A DNA stretch of 64,000 nucleotides from Actinomycetota bacterium (GCA_036505215.1 DASXTW010000085.1:656-64655), one strand, 5' to 3'; shown: positions 8,617-19,041, counted from the stretch's first letter. Numbers and translations are program-made. The notes: generated by a model not told the origin, from the letters alone.

Positions 8617-10686
8617 ATGCTGGGCCACATGGGGCGGCGGGCTTACCACTGGCAGGTGAGGATCCCCGATCCGAATGCGGGGCCGGTCAACAAGCGCACC
8701 GTGCGCCGCGTAGTGGCCAGCTTCAGGCCGTATCGGAACAAGGTCACCGGAGTGGGCGCGCTGATCGTGATCACCTCGGCCATCGGCGTGATCAACCCTC
8801 TGCTGATCAAGGTCATCTTCGACACCGCTCTGTTCCCTCACGTTGGCCAGCGGATCCTGCCACCACATCTCCACCGCTTGTACTGGCTGGTGGGCCTGAT
8901 GGTGGCCATCCCCGTCCTCTCCGGTCTCCTCGGCATCGTCCAGACCTACCTGGCGAACGTGGTCGGCCAGCGGGTGATGCAGGACTTCCGTAACTCGCTG
9001 TACGCCCACCTCCAGAACATGCCGCTCAGGTTCTTCACCGCCACCCGGACCGGCGAGATCCAGTCGCGCCTGGCGAACGACGTCGGCGGCGTGCAATCCG
9101 TTGTCACCGACACGGCCTCCAGCATCCTGTCGAACGTGGTCATCCTGATAAGCACGCTGGTGGCCATGCTGGTTCTCTCGTGGCAGCTCACCGTGCTCTC
9201 GTTGTTCCTCACTCCGTTGTTCGTCTGGCTGACCTACAAGGTGGGGAAGGCCCGTCAGCAGATCGCCAGGTCAACCCAGAAGTCGCTGGCCGACCTCTCG
9301 GCGATCACAGAAGAGACGCTGTCCGTGTCGGGGATCCTTCTGTCCAAGGCCTTCGGCAGGCAGCGCCACGAGATCGCCCGGTTCCGGACGGAGAACGAGC
9401 GGCTGGCCGACCTGGAGATACGCCAGCAGATGATCGGCCGTTCCTTCTTCGCCGTCGTGCAGATCTTCTTCTCGATCACCCCGGCGCTGGTGTATCTGGT
9501 GGCCGGCCTGGTCATCGCCAACCAGCCCCTGTCGGCTGTCACGATCCAGGCTGGAACGATCGTGGCGTTCACCACCCTGCAGAGCCGGCTGTTCTTCCCC
9601 ATCGGCTCGATGCTGCAGATCTCGGTGGAGGTGCAGTCCTCGATGGCCCTGTTCGACCGGATCTTCGAGTACCTCGACATGCCCCATGAGATCGTGGACG
9701 CGCCGAACGCGCGCGACCTGCCGAAGGAGTCCGTCCAGGGCCATATGCGGTTCCGGCATGTCTTCTTCCGGTACGAGGCCCGGCCCGCCGCCGAGGCCTC
9801 GGGGGAGCAGGACGGTCCGTTGGAAGGAGCGACGGAGGCGGTGGCGGAGATGGGCGGAACCGACGCCGTCACCCGTGCGGAGGTGACCACGGGCGTGCCG
9901 CTCGCAGCGGGCAACGGACAGCGTGGCAGGGAATGGACCCTCGAGGACGTCGACTTCGAGATCCAACCCGGACAGCTCGCCGCCCTGGTCGGGCCGAGCG
10001 GAGCGGGCAAGACCACGATCACGTATCTGGTGCCACGGATGTACGACGTGGGCGAGGGATCCATGGAGATCGACGGCACCGACGTGCGTGAGATCAAGCT
10101 GGCGTCGCTCGGCGAGATCATCGGGATGGTCACCCAGGAGACCTACCTCTTCCACACGTCGGTCCGGACCAACCTGCTGTACGGCAAGCCCGGCGCCACC
10201 CAGGAGGAGCTGGAGGCCGCGGCGCGAGCGGCCTTCATCCACGACCGGATCGTGGAGATGCCGGACGGCTATGACACGGTCGTGGGGGAGCGGGGCTACC
10301 GGATGTCCGGCGGGGAGAAGCAGCGCCTGGCCATCGCCCGGGTCATCCTGAAGGACCCTCGCATCCTCATTCTGGACGAGGCTACCTCGTCGCTGGACAC
10401 CACCAGCGAGCGGCTGGTCCAGGAAGCGCTCAGGCCACTGATGCGCGGCCGAACCACCATCGCCATCGCCCACAGGCTGTCCACGATCCTTGCCGCAGAC
10501 GTCATCTTCGTGCTGGATCAGGGGCGCGTGGTGGAGCGAGGAACTCACGCCGAGCTGCTCGACCGGGGTGGCCTGTATGCCCGGTTCTACCAGCAGCAGT
10601 TCCAGGGCGGGATGGTGGAGGCCGAGTGCGAGGACGGCGTCGTGCTGGCCACCGGTCAGATCCTTCAGACCCCGAAGGCTTCCTAG
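8617..10686 (+). CDS. ABC exporter, fused permease/ATP-binding protein (MsbA/type I exporter family)
   Basis: Six-TM N-terminal domain plus an NBD with Walker A GPSGAGKTT, signature MSGGEKQRLAIAR and Walker B ILILDEATSSLD. About 50 aa of low-complexity insertion precede Walker A. Confidence 0.9.
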   Translation: MLGHMGRRAYHWQVRIPDPNAGPVNKRTVRRVVASFRPYRNKVTGVGALIVITSAIGVINPLLIKVIFDTALFPHVGQRILPPHLHRLYWLVGLMVAIPVLSGLLGIVQTYLANVVGQRVMQDFRNSLYAHLQNMPLRFFTATRTGEIQSRLANDVGGVQSVVTDTASSILSNVVILISTLVAMLVLSWQLTVLSLFLTPLFVWLTYKVGKARQQIARSTQKSLADLSAITEETLSVSGILLSKAFGRQRHEIARFRTENERLADLEIRQQMIGRSFFAVVQIFFSITPALVYLVAGLVIANQPLSAVTIQAGTIVAFTTLQSRLFFPIGSMLQISVEVQSSMALFDRIFEYLDMPHEIVDAPNARDLPKESVQGHMRFRHVFFRYEARPAAEASGEQDGPLEGATEAVAEMGGTDAVTRAEVTTGVPLAAGNGQRGREWTLEDVDFEIQPGQLAALVGPSGAGKTTITYLVPRMYDVGEGSMEIDGTDVREIKLASLGEIIGMVTQETYLFHTSVRTNLLYGKPGATQEELEAAARAAFIHDRIVEMPDGYDTVVGERGYRMSGGEKQRLAIARVILKDPRILILDEATSSLDTTSERLVQEALRPLMRGRTTIAIAHRLSTILAADVIFVLDQGRVVERGTHAELLDRGGLYARFYQQQFQGGMVEAECEDGVVLATGQILQTPKAS

Positions 10687-10731
10687 GGGCCGCTCCCGCC
10701 CGAGGCAGCCCTCGTCGTCGAGCGCGGGCAG

Positions 10732-11226
10732 CTAGAGGCGCAGCCGGTATCCGAGGAGGGTCATCTGTTCGCTCACCGGCATGTCGATGTCGGTTGCCCG
10801 CTCGAACCCGAGGGATTGATACATGCGCTGGGCCGGCACCATCGGAGGCGTCGTCCTCAGGATCAGCGTCTCCTTCCCTGCCGCGCGACATCTGGCGATG
10901 ACCTCCTCGATGAGGGCACGGCCGATCCCTTCCCGCCGACGAGCTGGATCGACCCCCACCATCCGAAGGCCGGCTATCCCCGGAGTGGCCTGGCGGTCGT
11001 CGTCGCCGATCACGTCGTCCAGCTCTATGGTGGCCGACCCCACCACCCGGCCGTCCTCGAGGGCGACCAGGACGACCGTGCGTCCCACTCGTCCCGCCAC
11101 GTCCCGGACCAGATCGATGTGCTCGCTCCAGCCCGGGTCTTCCGGATCCCAGAACTCGGAGTAGGCTCGAGCAACGACATCTCCGGTCTCTTGGTACTCC
11201 TCGGGCCGAACCTCGCGGATCTCCAC
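10732..11226 (-). CDS. GNAT family N-acetyltransferase
   Basis: 164 aa with the acetyl-CoA binding motif (RRREGIGRALIEEVIARCRAAG). Confidence 0.85.
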   Translation of the reverse strand: MEIREVRPEEYQETGDVVARAYSEFWDPEDPGWSEHIDLVRDVAGRVGRTVVLVALEDGRVVGSATIELDDVIGDDDRQATPGIAGLRMVGVDPARRREGIGRALIEEVIARCRAAGKETLILRTTPPMVPAQRMYQSLGFERATDIDMPVSEQMTLLGYRLRL

Positions 11227-11271
11227 GGCGAGTTGAGCCTATCGGATCCGGCGTTGCATTGGTAAAGCGAC

Positions 11272-11730
11272 TTGACGAATTCGCTGGCGGGCGCGACCAT
11301 GCATCGAATGAACGAGCTCGATCTCAGCCATCTCCTGCTGGAAGCGTTCCGCAGCCTTGATCGGGAGATCGAGGCCGCCCTGGAGGATCGAGGCGCCGGC
11401 GAGCTCAGGCCGAGCCAGGCTCTGGCCCTGCTCCTTGTCGACAGGGCCGGGACGCGCCTGTCCGAGTTGGCGCAGCGGGCGGCCATCACGAAACAGGCGA
11501 TGATGCAGCTCGTGGACGACCTGCAGGAAATGGGGTGTGTGCGCCGCGTTCCCGATACCGAGGATGCCCGGGCCAAGATGGTGCGGCTCACGGCCAAGGG
11601 ACTCCGGCTACGGGCCAGCTCTCGCAAATCGATCCAGGCTGTGGAGTCGCGCATCCGCCGGCGACTCGGAGGCAGGCGATACGAGGCTCTCCGGGCCGCC
11701 CTGACCGAGGTCACCGAAGCAGAGGAATAG
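11272..11730 (+). CDS. MarR family transcriptional regulator
   Basis: 152 aa winged-HTH (LRPSQALALLLVDRAGTRLSELAQRAAITKQAMMQLVDDL). Divergent to the GNAT gene. Confidence 0.85.
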   Translation: MTNSLAGATMHRMNELDLSHLLLEAFRSLDREIEAALEDRGAGELRPSQALALLLVDRAGTRLSELAQRAAITKQAMMQLVDDLQEMGCVRRVPDTEDARAKMVRLTAKGLRLRASSRKSIQAVESRIRRRLGGRRYEALRAALTEVTEAEE

Positions 11731-11735
11731 AGGCG

Positions 11736-13250
11736 TTGGACGACAGGGTTGCCCTTCGGCTGGCGGCGTTCGACCAGAACGACACCATCCGGCGCATCTG
11801 GCACGAGGACTTCACGGTCTGGCGGGACGATCCCACAGAGATCACGGATCGCCTCGGCTGGTTGACCGTCAGTGAGGGCATGCAGGAGCGGGTGCCCGAG
11901 CTCGAGGAATTCGCATCGAGCTGCGCCGCAGACGGATTGACCCATGCCGTCCTGGCGGGCATGGGCGGCTCGACCTTGGCTCCGGAGGTTCTCCGGGAAA
12001 CCTTCGGTGTATCGCCGGGCAGACTCGACCTCGTCGTCCTCGACACGACGCATCCCGACCAGATCCTGGCCGTGGAGCGAAGCCTGCCCATCGACCGAAC
12101 CCTGTTCGTCATCGCATCGAAGTCCGGGACCACAACCGAGACCCTCTCCCATTTCGCCTACTTCTGGGAGAAGGTTCCGGACGGCTCCAGGTTCGTCGCC
12201 ATCACCGACCCGGGGACACCGTTGGAGAAGCTCGCGGCCGAACGTGGCTTCCGGCGCGTGTTCCTGAACCCGCCCGACATCGGGGGGCGGTACTCGGCGC
12301 TCTCCTACTTCGGGTTGGTGCCCGGCTCCCTCGTCGGCGTTGATCTGGACGAGCTGCTGGACCGCGCGATCTCAATGGCCGACGCCTGTGCCTCAGACGC
12401 CCCGGCGGCGAACAACCCGGGAGCTCGGGTCGGAGCCGCCATCGGCGAGGCCGCCCTGGCCGGTAGGGACAAGCTCACGCTCATCCTCGATCCGATCGTC
12501 CGGACGTTCGGCTACTGGGTGGAACAGCTCATCGCCGAGTCGACCGGCAAGGAGGGGAAAGGCGTCGTGCCGGTCGAAGGCGAGGACCTGGGAGACCCGA
12601 CGGTGTACGGGTCCGACCGGTTGTTCGTGGGGATCGGCGGCGACAACGTCGACAAGGGACTGGCGCCCATCCGTGACGCCGGGCATCCCGCCATCCATCT
12701 CTGGCTGGAAGATGCCATCGAGCTCGGCCGGGAGCTCTTCCGCTGGGAGTTCGCCACGGCCGTGGCCGGGGCTGTTCTCGGCATCCATCCGTTCGACCAG
12801 CCGAACGTGCAGGAGGCCAAGGACGCGACCAGGAGGCTCCTGGCTCGAGGCGACGTGCCCGACCCCGGCCACGACGACCTCGGCCGGCTCCTCCAGCAGG
12901 TCCGCCCGGGCGACTACGTGGCGATCCAGGCGTATCTGCCCAGGGACCAGGACACCGAGCGGCGCCTCCAGGAAACCAGGATGCGCCTGCGTGACCGGCT
13001 GAGGGTCGCCACCACCGTGGGGTTCGGCCCGCGGTTCCTGCATTCGACGGGGCAGCTTCACAAAGGAGGGCCGAACACGGGTGTGTTCATCCAGGTCGTG
13101 GATCCACCGGCTGAGGACGCCCCGATACCCGGACAGCCCTACTCCTTCGGAACGCTGATCGCCGCCCAGGCTGTCGGCGACCTCCAGTCGCTTCGCGCCC
13201 ACGGACGGCGGGTGGCCAGGGTTGGTCTGGCCGACCTGGAAACCGCCTAG
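11736..13250 (+). CDS. pgi: Glucose-6-phosphate isomerase (short PGI, as in bifunctional Tal/PGI)
   Basis: PGI motifs (GMGGSTLAPEV, IASKSGTTTETL, PDIGGRYSALS). The start is inferred as an in-frame TTG at 11736 just after the MarR stop; the longer ORF overlaps MarR. Confidence 0.7.
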   Translation: MDDRVALRLAAFDQNDTIRRIWHEDFTVWRDDPTEITDRLGWLTVSEGMQERVPELEEFASSCAADGLTHAVLAGMGGSTLAPEVLRETFGVSPGRLDLVVLDTTHPDQILAVERSLPIDRTLFVIASKSGTTTETLSHFAYFWEKVPDGSRFVAITDPGTPLEKLAAERGFRRVFLNPPDIGGRYSALSYFGLVPGSLVGVDLDELLDRAISMADACASDAPAANNPGARVGAAIGEAALAGRDKLTLILDPIVRTFGYWVEQLIAESTGKEGKGVVPVEGEDLGDPTVYGSDRLFVGIGGDNVDKGLAPIRDAGHPAIHLWLEDAIELGRELFRWEFATAVAGAVLGIHPFDQPNVQEAKDATRRLLARGDVPDPGHDDLGRLLQQVRPGDYVAIQAYLPRDQDTERRLQETRMRLRDRLRVATTVGFGPRFLHSTGQLHKGGPNTGVFIQVVDPPAEDAPIPGQPYSFGTLIAAQAVGDLQSLRAHGRRVARVGLADLETA

Positions 13251-13263
13251 TAGGCGAGCTCCC

Positions 13264-13911
13264 GTGTTGGAACGCGAGCTGCGTGTCGTGGACGACGTGG
13301 CCGAGGAGGCCCTGGCGATCTTCTTGGCCGCCGCGCCGAAGACGGTCGTGCTCTCGGGGGGAGGCACGCCGGAGGCTTTCTACCGGCGGCTGGCCGGCGC
13401 GGAGTACGCCTGGGAGGAGGTCGAGTTCTTCTTCGGGGACGAGCGTTGCGTGTCGCGAGAGGACCAATGGTCCAACGCGCGGATGGCCGACGAAGCCCTT
13501 TTCTCCAAAGTACCGGCGAGGAGCTATGCCATGGACGGACAGGGCTGCGACGCGGAGTGGTACGAGCGGATGCTTCGACGCCGGTTCGGCGAGGACCTCC
13601 TGTTCGACCTGGCGCTCTACGGCCTGGGGCCGGACGGCCACACGGCCTCGCTCTTCCCGGGGAGGCCGGAGGTCGAGGTGACCGATCGATGGGTTGTGCA
13701 TGTGCGCGAGGCCGGACTCGAGCCGTTCGTCCCGCGGATCTCGCTCACCGTACCGGCGCTGTCGGCCGCGAAGCTCGGGGTCTTCCTCGTGGCCGGCGTG
13801 GACAAACAGATCCCGCTTCGTCGGCTCATGGCCGGGGAGGACCTCCCGGCAGCCAGGCTGAAACCAGAGCGCCTGGTGATCCTGGCTGACCGTGCGGCCG
13901 CGGGGAGCTGA
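13264..13911 (+). CDS. pgl: 6-phosphogluconolactonase
   Basis: Pgl motifs (VLSGGGTPEAFY, FFFGDERCV, DLALYGLGPDGHTASLFPG). GTG start at 13264 just after the pgi stop. Confidence 0.75.
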   Translation: MLERELRVVDDVAEEALAIFLAAAPKTVVLSGGGTPEAFYRRLAGAEYAWEEVEFFFGDERCVSREDQWSNARMADEALFSKVPARSYAMDGQGCDAEWYERMLRRRFGEDLLFDLALYGLGPDGHTASLFPGRPEVEVTDRWVVHVREAGLEPFVPRISLTVPALSAAKLGVFLVAGVDKQIPLRRLMAGEDLPAARLKPERLVILADRAAAGS

Positions 13912-13927
13912 ACCCTCCCGGAATCCG

Positions 13928-14731
13928 CTACCCGACCGCGCCGCCCACGTGGAGCAGTGTCCCCACGCCGTAGGTGATGGCGGCCAGCGATCCCCCGATC
14001 ACCAGCATCCTGCCCCCTGAGAGCCACCCTGAACGCCCCGTGAGGAACGACATCGAGGCCCCCACCGCGAACAGGACGGTGCCACTTGCCCCGATGGACG
14101 AGAGGACGGCCGCGGTGCCGGACCCGACCACGAAGGGAAGGAGAGGAACAGCTGCTCCCAGCGAGAACATGACGAACGATGAGACCGCAGCGCCCCACGG
14201 TGAGCCGAGCTCCTCTGGATCCAGACCCAGCTCTTCGCGGGCGTGCGTGTCCAGGGCCACCTTCGGATCAGCCATCACGACTTCGGTGACCCGCTGAGCC
14301 AGCTCAGGTGGGAAGCCTCGCTGCTCGTAGATCTCCCGAAGTTCCTCGTGCTCTTCCTCGGGATCCGTGGCGAGCTCGTGGGCCTCGATGTGCAGCAGTC
14401 GTTCGAAGAGTTCCCGTTGCACCCGCATGGACACGTACTCGCCGCCGCCCATGGAGAAGGCTCCAGCCAGGAGGCCGGCCACGCCGGCCACGAGGATGAC
14501 TTTGTTCGACACGTTTGCCCCGGTCACCCCCATGATGAGCGACAAGTTCGACACCAAACCGTCGTTCACTCCGAAGATGGCGGCCCGGAGCGCGCCGCTC
14601 TTCCCCCCCAGGCCCATGGGCTCGTCGCTGCCGTGGGTGGGCCCGGGATGCGGATGGACCATTGGCATGCGATGCGACAACCTGAGCCGCTTCCTGATTC
14701 GAGACAGCACGCTTGGATCGGCGACCGACAT
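13928..14731 (-). CDS. VIT1/CCC1 family iron/manganese transporter (DUF125)
   Basis: 267 aa with the VIT family motif (FGVNDGLVSNLSLIMGV) and a C-terminal TM cluster. Confidence 0.8.
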   Translation of the reverse strand: MSVADPSVLSRIRKRLRLSHRMPMVHPHPGPTHGSDEPMGLGGKSGALRAAIFGVNDGLVSNLSLIMGVTGANVSNKVILVAGVAGLLAGAFSMGGGEYVSMRVQRELFERLLHIEAHELATDPEEEHEELREIYEQRGFPPELAQRVTEVVMADPKVALDTHAREELGLDPEELGSPWGAAVSSFVMFSLGAAVPLLPFVVGSGTAAVLSSIGASGTVLFAVGASMSFLTGRSGWLSGGRMLVIGGSLAAITYGVGTLLHVGGAVG

Positions 14732-14757
14732 GAGCCCCCTACCTCATCCTCCGTTCC

Positions 14758-15636
14758 TCACCGCTCCGCGTCTCCGTCGCCCTGCTCCCGCAGGAACCGC
14801 TCGAGCTCCGCCGCGATCGACTCGCCGGAGGGCACCTGCTCTTCACTCAGTCGTGCCCGACCGACGTTCTCATCGGCTGCCGCCTCCAGGCGAGCCACGT
14901 ACTCGGTGAGCTCGTCGCTTTCCTGCACCGCCCCGAGCACGGTCTGCTCCCAGCCCCCCACCGCCCGTGTCAGGGGGTCCGTGTCCACCGACATCCCCAA
15001 GAGCTCGGCGACTCGCTCGACCAGTGCCAGGGCTGCCTTGGGATTCGGCGCCACCGGCAGGTAATGGGGGACGGCAGCCCAGAGGCTGACCGATGGCAAC
15101 CCTGCTCTGTTGGAGGCGTCGTGGAGCACCCCGACGATGCCGGTGGGACCCTCATACTGCGACCGGGCCAGTCCGAGTCGGCCGGCGGTCTCCTCGTCCA
15201 CCGCCGACCCCACCACGGGCACGGGGCGGCTGTGCGGCACGTCGGTGAGGAACGCGCCCAGCGTGATGAGCATCGAAGACCCGATCTCCTGGGCCGTGCC
15301 GAGGACCGCCCCGGTGAACGTGCGCCACCTGACGTTCGGCTCGGTGGCGCCGAACAGGACCACGTCCCGGCCCCCGACCGAGGCCGCGGCGAATTCGCCC
15401 TTGGGCCACTCGATCACGCGGCTCACGCCTTCCTCCAGGCGTACGGTGGGGCGGGTCACCTGGAAGTCGTAGAACTCCTCCGGATCGAGCGTGGCAAACG
15501 TGGTGGCACCCCACCGCTCCTGGAGGTACCTCAATGCGATCGATGCCGCCTCCCCACCGTCGTTCCAGCCCCTGAACGCGCAGATGAGCGGGGGGCGGTC
15601 CAGGTCGGGACGCTCCAGGAACGTGACGTGCTCCAT
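14758..15636 (-). CDS. PAC2 (proteasome assembly chaperone 2-like) family protein
   Basis: Start trimmed to the internal Met (MEHVTFLERPDLDRPPLICAFRGWNDGGEA...), which matches the conserved PAC2-family N-terminus of actinobacteria. Confidence 0.65.
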   Translation of the reverse strand: MEHVTFLERPDLDRPPLICAFRGWNDGGEAASIALRYLQERWGATTFATLDPEEFYDFQVTRPTVRLEEGVSRVIEWPKGEFAAASVGGRDVVLFGATEPNVRWRTFTGAVLGTAQEIGSSMLITLGAFLTDVPHSRPVPVVGSAVDEETAGRLGLARSQYEGPTGIVGVLHDASNRAGLPSVSLWAAVPHYLPVAPNPKAALALVERVAELLGMSVDTDPLTRAVGGWEQTVLGAVQESDELTEYVARLEAAADENVGRARLSEEQVPSGESIAAELERFLREQGDGDAER

Positions 15637-15719
15637 CGACTGCCAGCATAACCGGGGCTTGCCCGACCCCGTCGCCTCAATCCGACGCAGGCTGAGCCGA
15701 TCCACTAAGCAGCCGGCTC

Positions 15720-18611
15720 GTGGTGGACGACCTGGCCATTCGGCCTGACGACCGGGCCGATCCGACCGACGAAGCAGTGGGGAGGCGAGGGAACAGACCT
15801 GTGGAGTACCCGGACTCGGAGCATTCGGCCCCGACCGACTCGCTGGTCGATGATCTCCCACCACCCCTGCCCGACGGTGTCCTCTCCGACATCACGCACC
15901 TCCTGGTCTCCGAAGGAGCACCGGACAAGGTGCTGGAGGCGGTGGCGGAGGCCCTGGCCGAGCTCGTCCCGCACGAGAGCCTCGTTCTCTACCGCGCCGA
16001 GCCCCCGCTACGCCTGCTTCGGCCGGTCCTGGTGAAGGACCCGCTCTACGAGCGGCAGATCTGGGCCATCGGAACGATCCCGTACGGGAAAGGGATCGCC
16101 GGGACCGCCGCGGAGACCCGTGCTCCTCAGCTGGTCAACGACGCCCACCTCGACCCTCGCGCCCTTCAGATCCCGGATACTCCGAACGACCCCGAATCGC
16201 TGGTGGCGATCCCCTTGTTGGCCCGAGACGAACTGAAGGGTGTGATGTGCCTCTATCGGCTGGGGGAGGAGAACCGTTTCAACGTCAGCGAGTTCAAGCT
16301 CGCCATCGTGTTCGGTGAGCTGGCCGCCCTCGCCATCGACAACGCCGAGATCAGGACGCGCCTCGAGACAGAGGTGGTCACAGACCACCTGACGGCGCTG
16401 TTCAATCACCGGTTCTTCCACGAGCGCCTCGGCGAGGAGATCAGGCGGGCCAACCGGCAGCGTTCGCGGGTGGGCCTGGTGATCTACGACATCGACGACT
16501 TCAAGCGGGTGAACGACACGTACGGTCACCTGGTGGGAGACCAGGTCCTGCAAGGAGTCGCCGCCATCTCCCGCGAAACCTGTCGAACCGAGGACGTGAT
16601 CTGCAGGATCGGGGGCGAAGAGTTCGCCGTGATCCTTCCAGGAGCCGATCTGGCCGACGCCGTGGCCCTTGCGGAGAGGCTCCGGCTGGGCATCAGCAGC
16701 GTGTCCTTTCCGATCGTGGGACGCATCACCGTGAGCGCTGGAGTGGCCCAGGGGCCCATACACGCCTCCAGCCCGCGGGAGCTCATCACCTCTGCCGACC
16801 TGGCCCTGCTGCAGGCCAAGGCCTCGGGCAAGAACCAGGTGCTGGTTTACTCGGAGGGTGTAGCGGACGGCCAGGTGGCAGGGTTGACCTCCGGCGTTGG
16901 AGGCGAGGGGGAAGCTCCGCCCCTGGCGATCGGTACCCGTCGATCCCGGGCCCGCCTGGCCACGCTCACGTCCGCCGGCGAGCCCAGATCCGCCGCCCAG
17001 CTCCGCATGCTCCAGAGCCTCTCGGCGAAGCTGAACCGCCTCAACGACGTCCGACAGATCGGAGCGGTCATCACGGCCGAGCTCCGAAGCCTGATCGACT
17101 ACCACAACTGCCGGGTCTTCCTGCTGCACGAGGACGGAGAGACCCTTCTCCCCATCGCTTTCGGGGGCGAGCTGATGGAGTATCAGGGGGAAACCTTCGA
17201 CGCCCTCCTGACCAAGGTCGGTGTGGGCATCACCGGCCACGTCGCCGAGAGCCACGAGTCCTGGTACGCACCGGACGCAAACGTCGACCCGTACGCCGTG
17301 AACATCCCCGGCACCGTGGACATCGATGAGTCGATCATGGCCGTTCCCATGCTCTATGGGGACCGGCTCATCGGGGTGGTCGTGCTGTCGAAGCTCGGCA
17401 TCGACCAGTTCGACCACGAGGACATGCGGCTCCTGGAAGCGCTCGGGGCCAGCGCCGCGGTCGCCTTCGAGAACGCCCGTCTCCTGCAGGTCGAGCACGA
17501 GGCGGCCGAAGTGGCCGGGGCGCTCCTGCGACTGTCCCAGGCGCTCACGAAGGTCAGCGACACGTCGGGCGTGCTGAGTGAAGCCGTCCGAGCCATTCCA
17601 TCGATGCTGCGCTGTGAAGAGGTCACCGCGTGGATCCGCGACTCGGGGACGGGTGCATTCCATCTCATCGAGCACCTCGGCTACGGGCCCGGGTCGGCGG
17701 ACCGGCTTCAGGACATCACCGTCCCGGCCGACGTGGCAGAGCGATTCCTTCGCTCCGTGGAGGAGCCCTTCGTGGTCTCGAACGACGTCGTGGCCCTGGT
17801 GCCACCCGAGTCCAGGACTGCGAGCTCGAGCAAGGAGACCCTGGTGGCCCCGATGCGGTGGGAGCCCGACGGGCTGGGGGCGATCGTGGTATCGGCTCCC
17901 GCGGCCGGCGAGACGTTCACCGATGAGGATCTGCAGCTGGCCAGGGGCATCGCCGACATCACGTCGCTGGCTCTGGGCAATGCTCGCCGGTTCGACGACC
18001 TCGAGCGGGCGTACGTGTCCACGGTGGAGGCGCTGGCCAACGCGCTGGAGGCCCAGGACGAATACACCAGCGATCACGCCAGGGCCCTGGCCGAGATGAC
18101 GCTGGCGGTCGGCGCCGAGCTCGGCCTGGAGGGCGAGCGGCTGAAGACTCTGGAGCTCGCCGCCCTGTTCCACGACATCGGGAAGATCGGGGTCCCCTCC
18201 GAGATCATCCGCAAGCCCGGTCCGCTCCGGGCCGAGGAGCGGCGGGTCATGAACCTCCATCCCGAGATCGGCGAGCAGATCCTGGCTCCGGTGCCGTTCC
18301 TCCAGTTGATCCGCCCGATCGTCCGAGCGTGCCACGAGCGGTGGGATGGGAAGGGGTACCCGGACGGCCTGGCCGGCGAGGCCATCCCTCTGGAGGCCCG
18401 GATCGTCTTCGTGTGCGACGCCTTCCATGCCATGACCAGCGATCGCCCCTACCGGAAGGCATTGCCGGAGAAGGAGGCCATCCGCCGGCTGAAGCTCGCC
18501 TCCGGGACCCAGTTCGATCCGAGGGTCATCGAGGCGTTCGTCCGATTGCACGCGGCAGGCCAGATCCATTACCAGCGATACGAGCCTGGCCGGCACCTCC
18601 TCGATCCCTGA
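15720..18611 (+). CDS. Multidomain c-di-GMP signalling protein: GAF-GGDEF-GAF-GAF-HD-GYP
   Basis: GGDEF domain with an intact GGEEF site (RIGGEEF). Three GAF-like segments. C-terminal HD-GYP with the HD motif (LFHDIGK) and GYP motif (WDGKGYP). Confidence 0.85.
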   Translation: MVDDLAIRPDDRADPTDEAVGRRGNRPVEYPDSEHSAPTDSLVDDLPPPLPDGVLSDITHLLVSEGAPDKVLEAVAEALAELVPHESLVLYRAEPPLRLLRPVLVKDPLYERQIWAIGTIPYGKGIAGTAAETRAPQLVNDAHLDPRALQIPDTPNDPESLVAIPLLARDELKGVMCLYRLGEENRFNVSEFKLAIVFGELAALAIDNAEIRTRLETEVVTDHLTALFNHRFFHERLGEEIRRANRQRSRVGLVIYDIDDFKRVNDTYGHLVGDQVLQGVAAISRETCRTEDVICRIGGEEFAVILPGADLADAVALAERLRLGISSVSFPIVGRITVSAGVAQGPIHASSPRELITSADLALLQAKASGKNQVLVYSEGVADGQVAGLTSGVGGEGEAPPLAIGTRRSRARLATLTSAGEPRSAAQLRMLQSLSAKLNRLNDVRQIGAVITAELRSLIDYHNCRVFLLHEDGETLLPIAFGGELMEYQGETFDALLTKVGVGITGHVAESHESWYAPDANVDPYAVNIPGTVDIDESIMAVPMLYGDRLIGVVVLSKLGIDQFDHEDMRLLEALGASAAVAFENARLLQVEHEAAEVAGALLRLSQALTKVSDTSGVLSEAVRAIPSMLRCEEVTAWIRDSGTGAFHLIEHLGYGPGSADRLQDITVPADVAERFLRSVEEPFVVSNDVVALVPPESRTASSSKETLVAPMRWEPDGLGAIVVSAPAAGETFTDEDLQLARGIADITSLALGNARRFDDLERAYVSTVEALANALEAQDEYTSDHARALAEMTLAVGAELGLEGERLKTLELAALFHDIGKIGVPSEIIRKPGPLRAEERRVMNLHPEIGEQILAPVPFLQLIRPIVRACHERWDGKGYPDGLAGEAIPLEARIVFVCDAFHAMTSDRPYRKALPEKEAIRRLKLASGTQFDPRVIEAFVRLHAAGQIHYQRYEPGRHLLDP

Positions 18612-18669
18612 CCGCCGCCCTTCCGAGGCCACGTCCTGTTTCGTCCAAAAATGGCTAGCCTCTTGACCT

Positions 18670-19041
18670 GTGGAAGGGGAGATCGCGTGGGCCATCGAGA
18701 CCTCCAAGGACGGCGAACGATGGCGCTTCTTCGGCAAGGCCTGGGCGAAGCCTGGTGAAGCTCTCTTGGTCCACGCGGCTCCTCGATTCGTGCGGTTCCG
18801 GAGGCTCGACGGCGACGAAGAATGGTGCACGCCCCTGGAACGGGCGGGCGATCACCCCATGACGCTCCTGCGTCTCGAGGAGCCCGAGCGAGAGGACCTG
18901 TGGCCAGGACCGGAGCACACCGGCCTGCCAGTCCTCCTGCCGGGTGGTGAGGAGGGCCGCCTCCTTCGCTTCGAGCACTCCCCCGACGGGGACCGCTGGA
19001 CGTGGGCGGTCGAGTTCCGCGGCCTTCGCCATCCTGGGTGA
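18670..19041 (+). CDS. Hypothetical small protein (123 aa)
   Basis: ORF only, in the intergenic slot upstream of ychF. No recognisable motif. Confidence 0.3.
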   Translation: MEGEIAWAIETSKDGERWRFFGKAWAKPGEALLVHAAPRFVRFRRLDGDEEWCTPLERAGDHPMTLLRLEEPEREDLWPGPEHTGLPVLLPGGEEGRLLRFEHSPDGDRWTWAVEFRGLRHPG

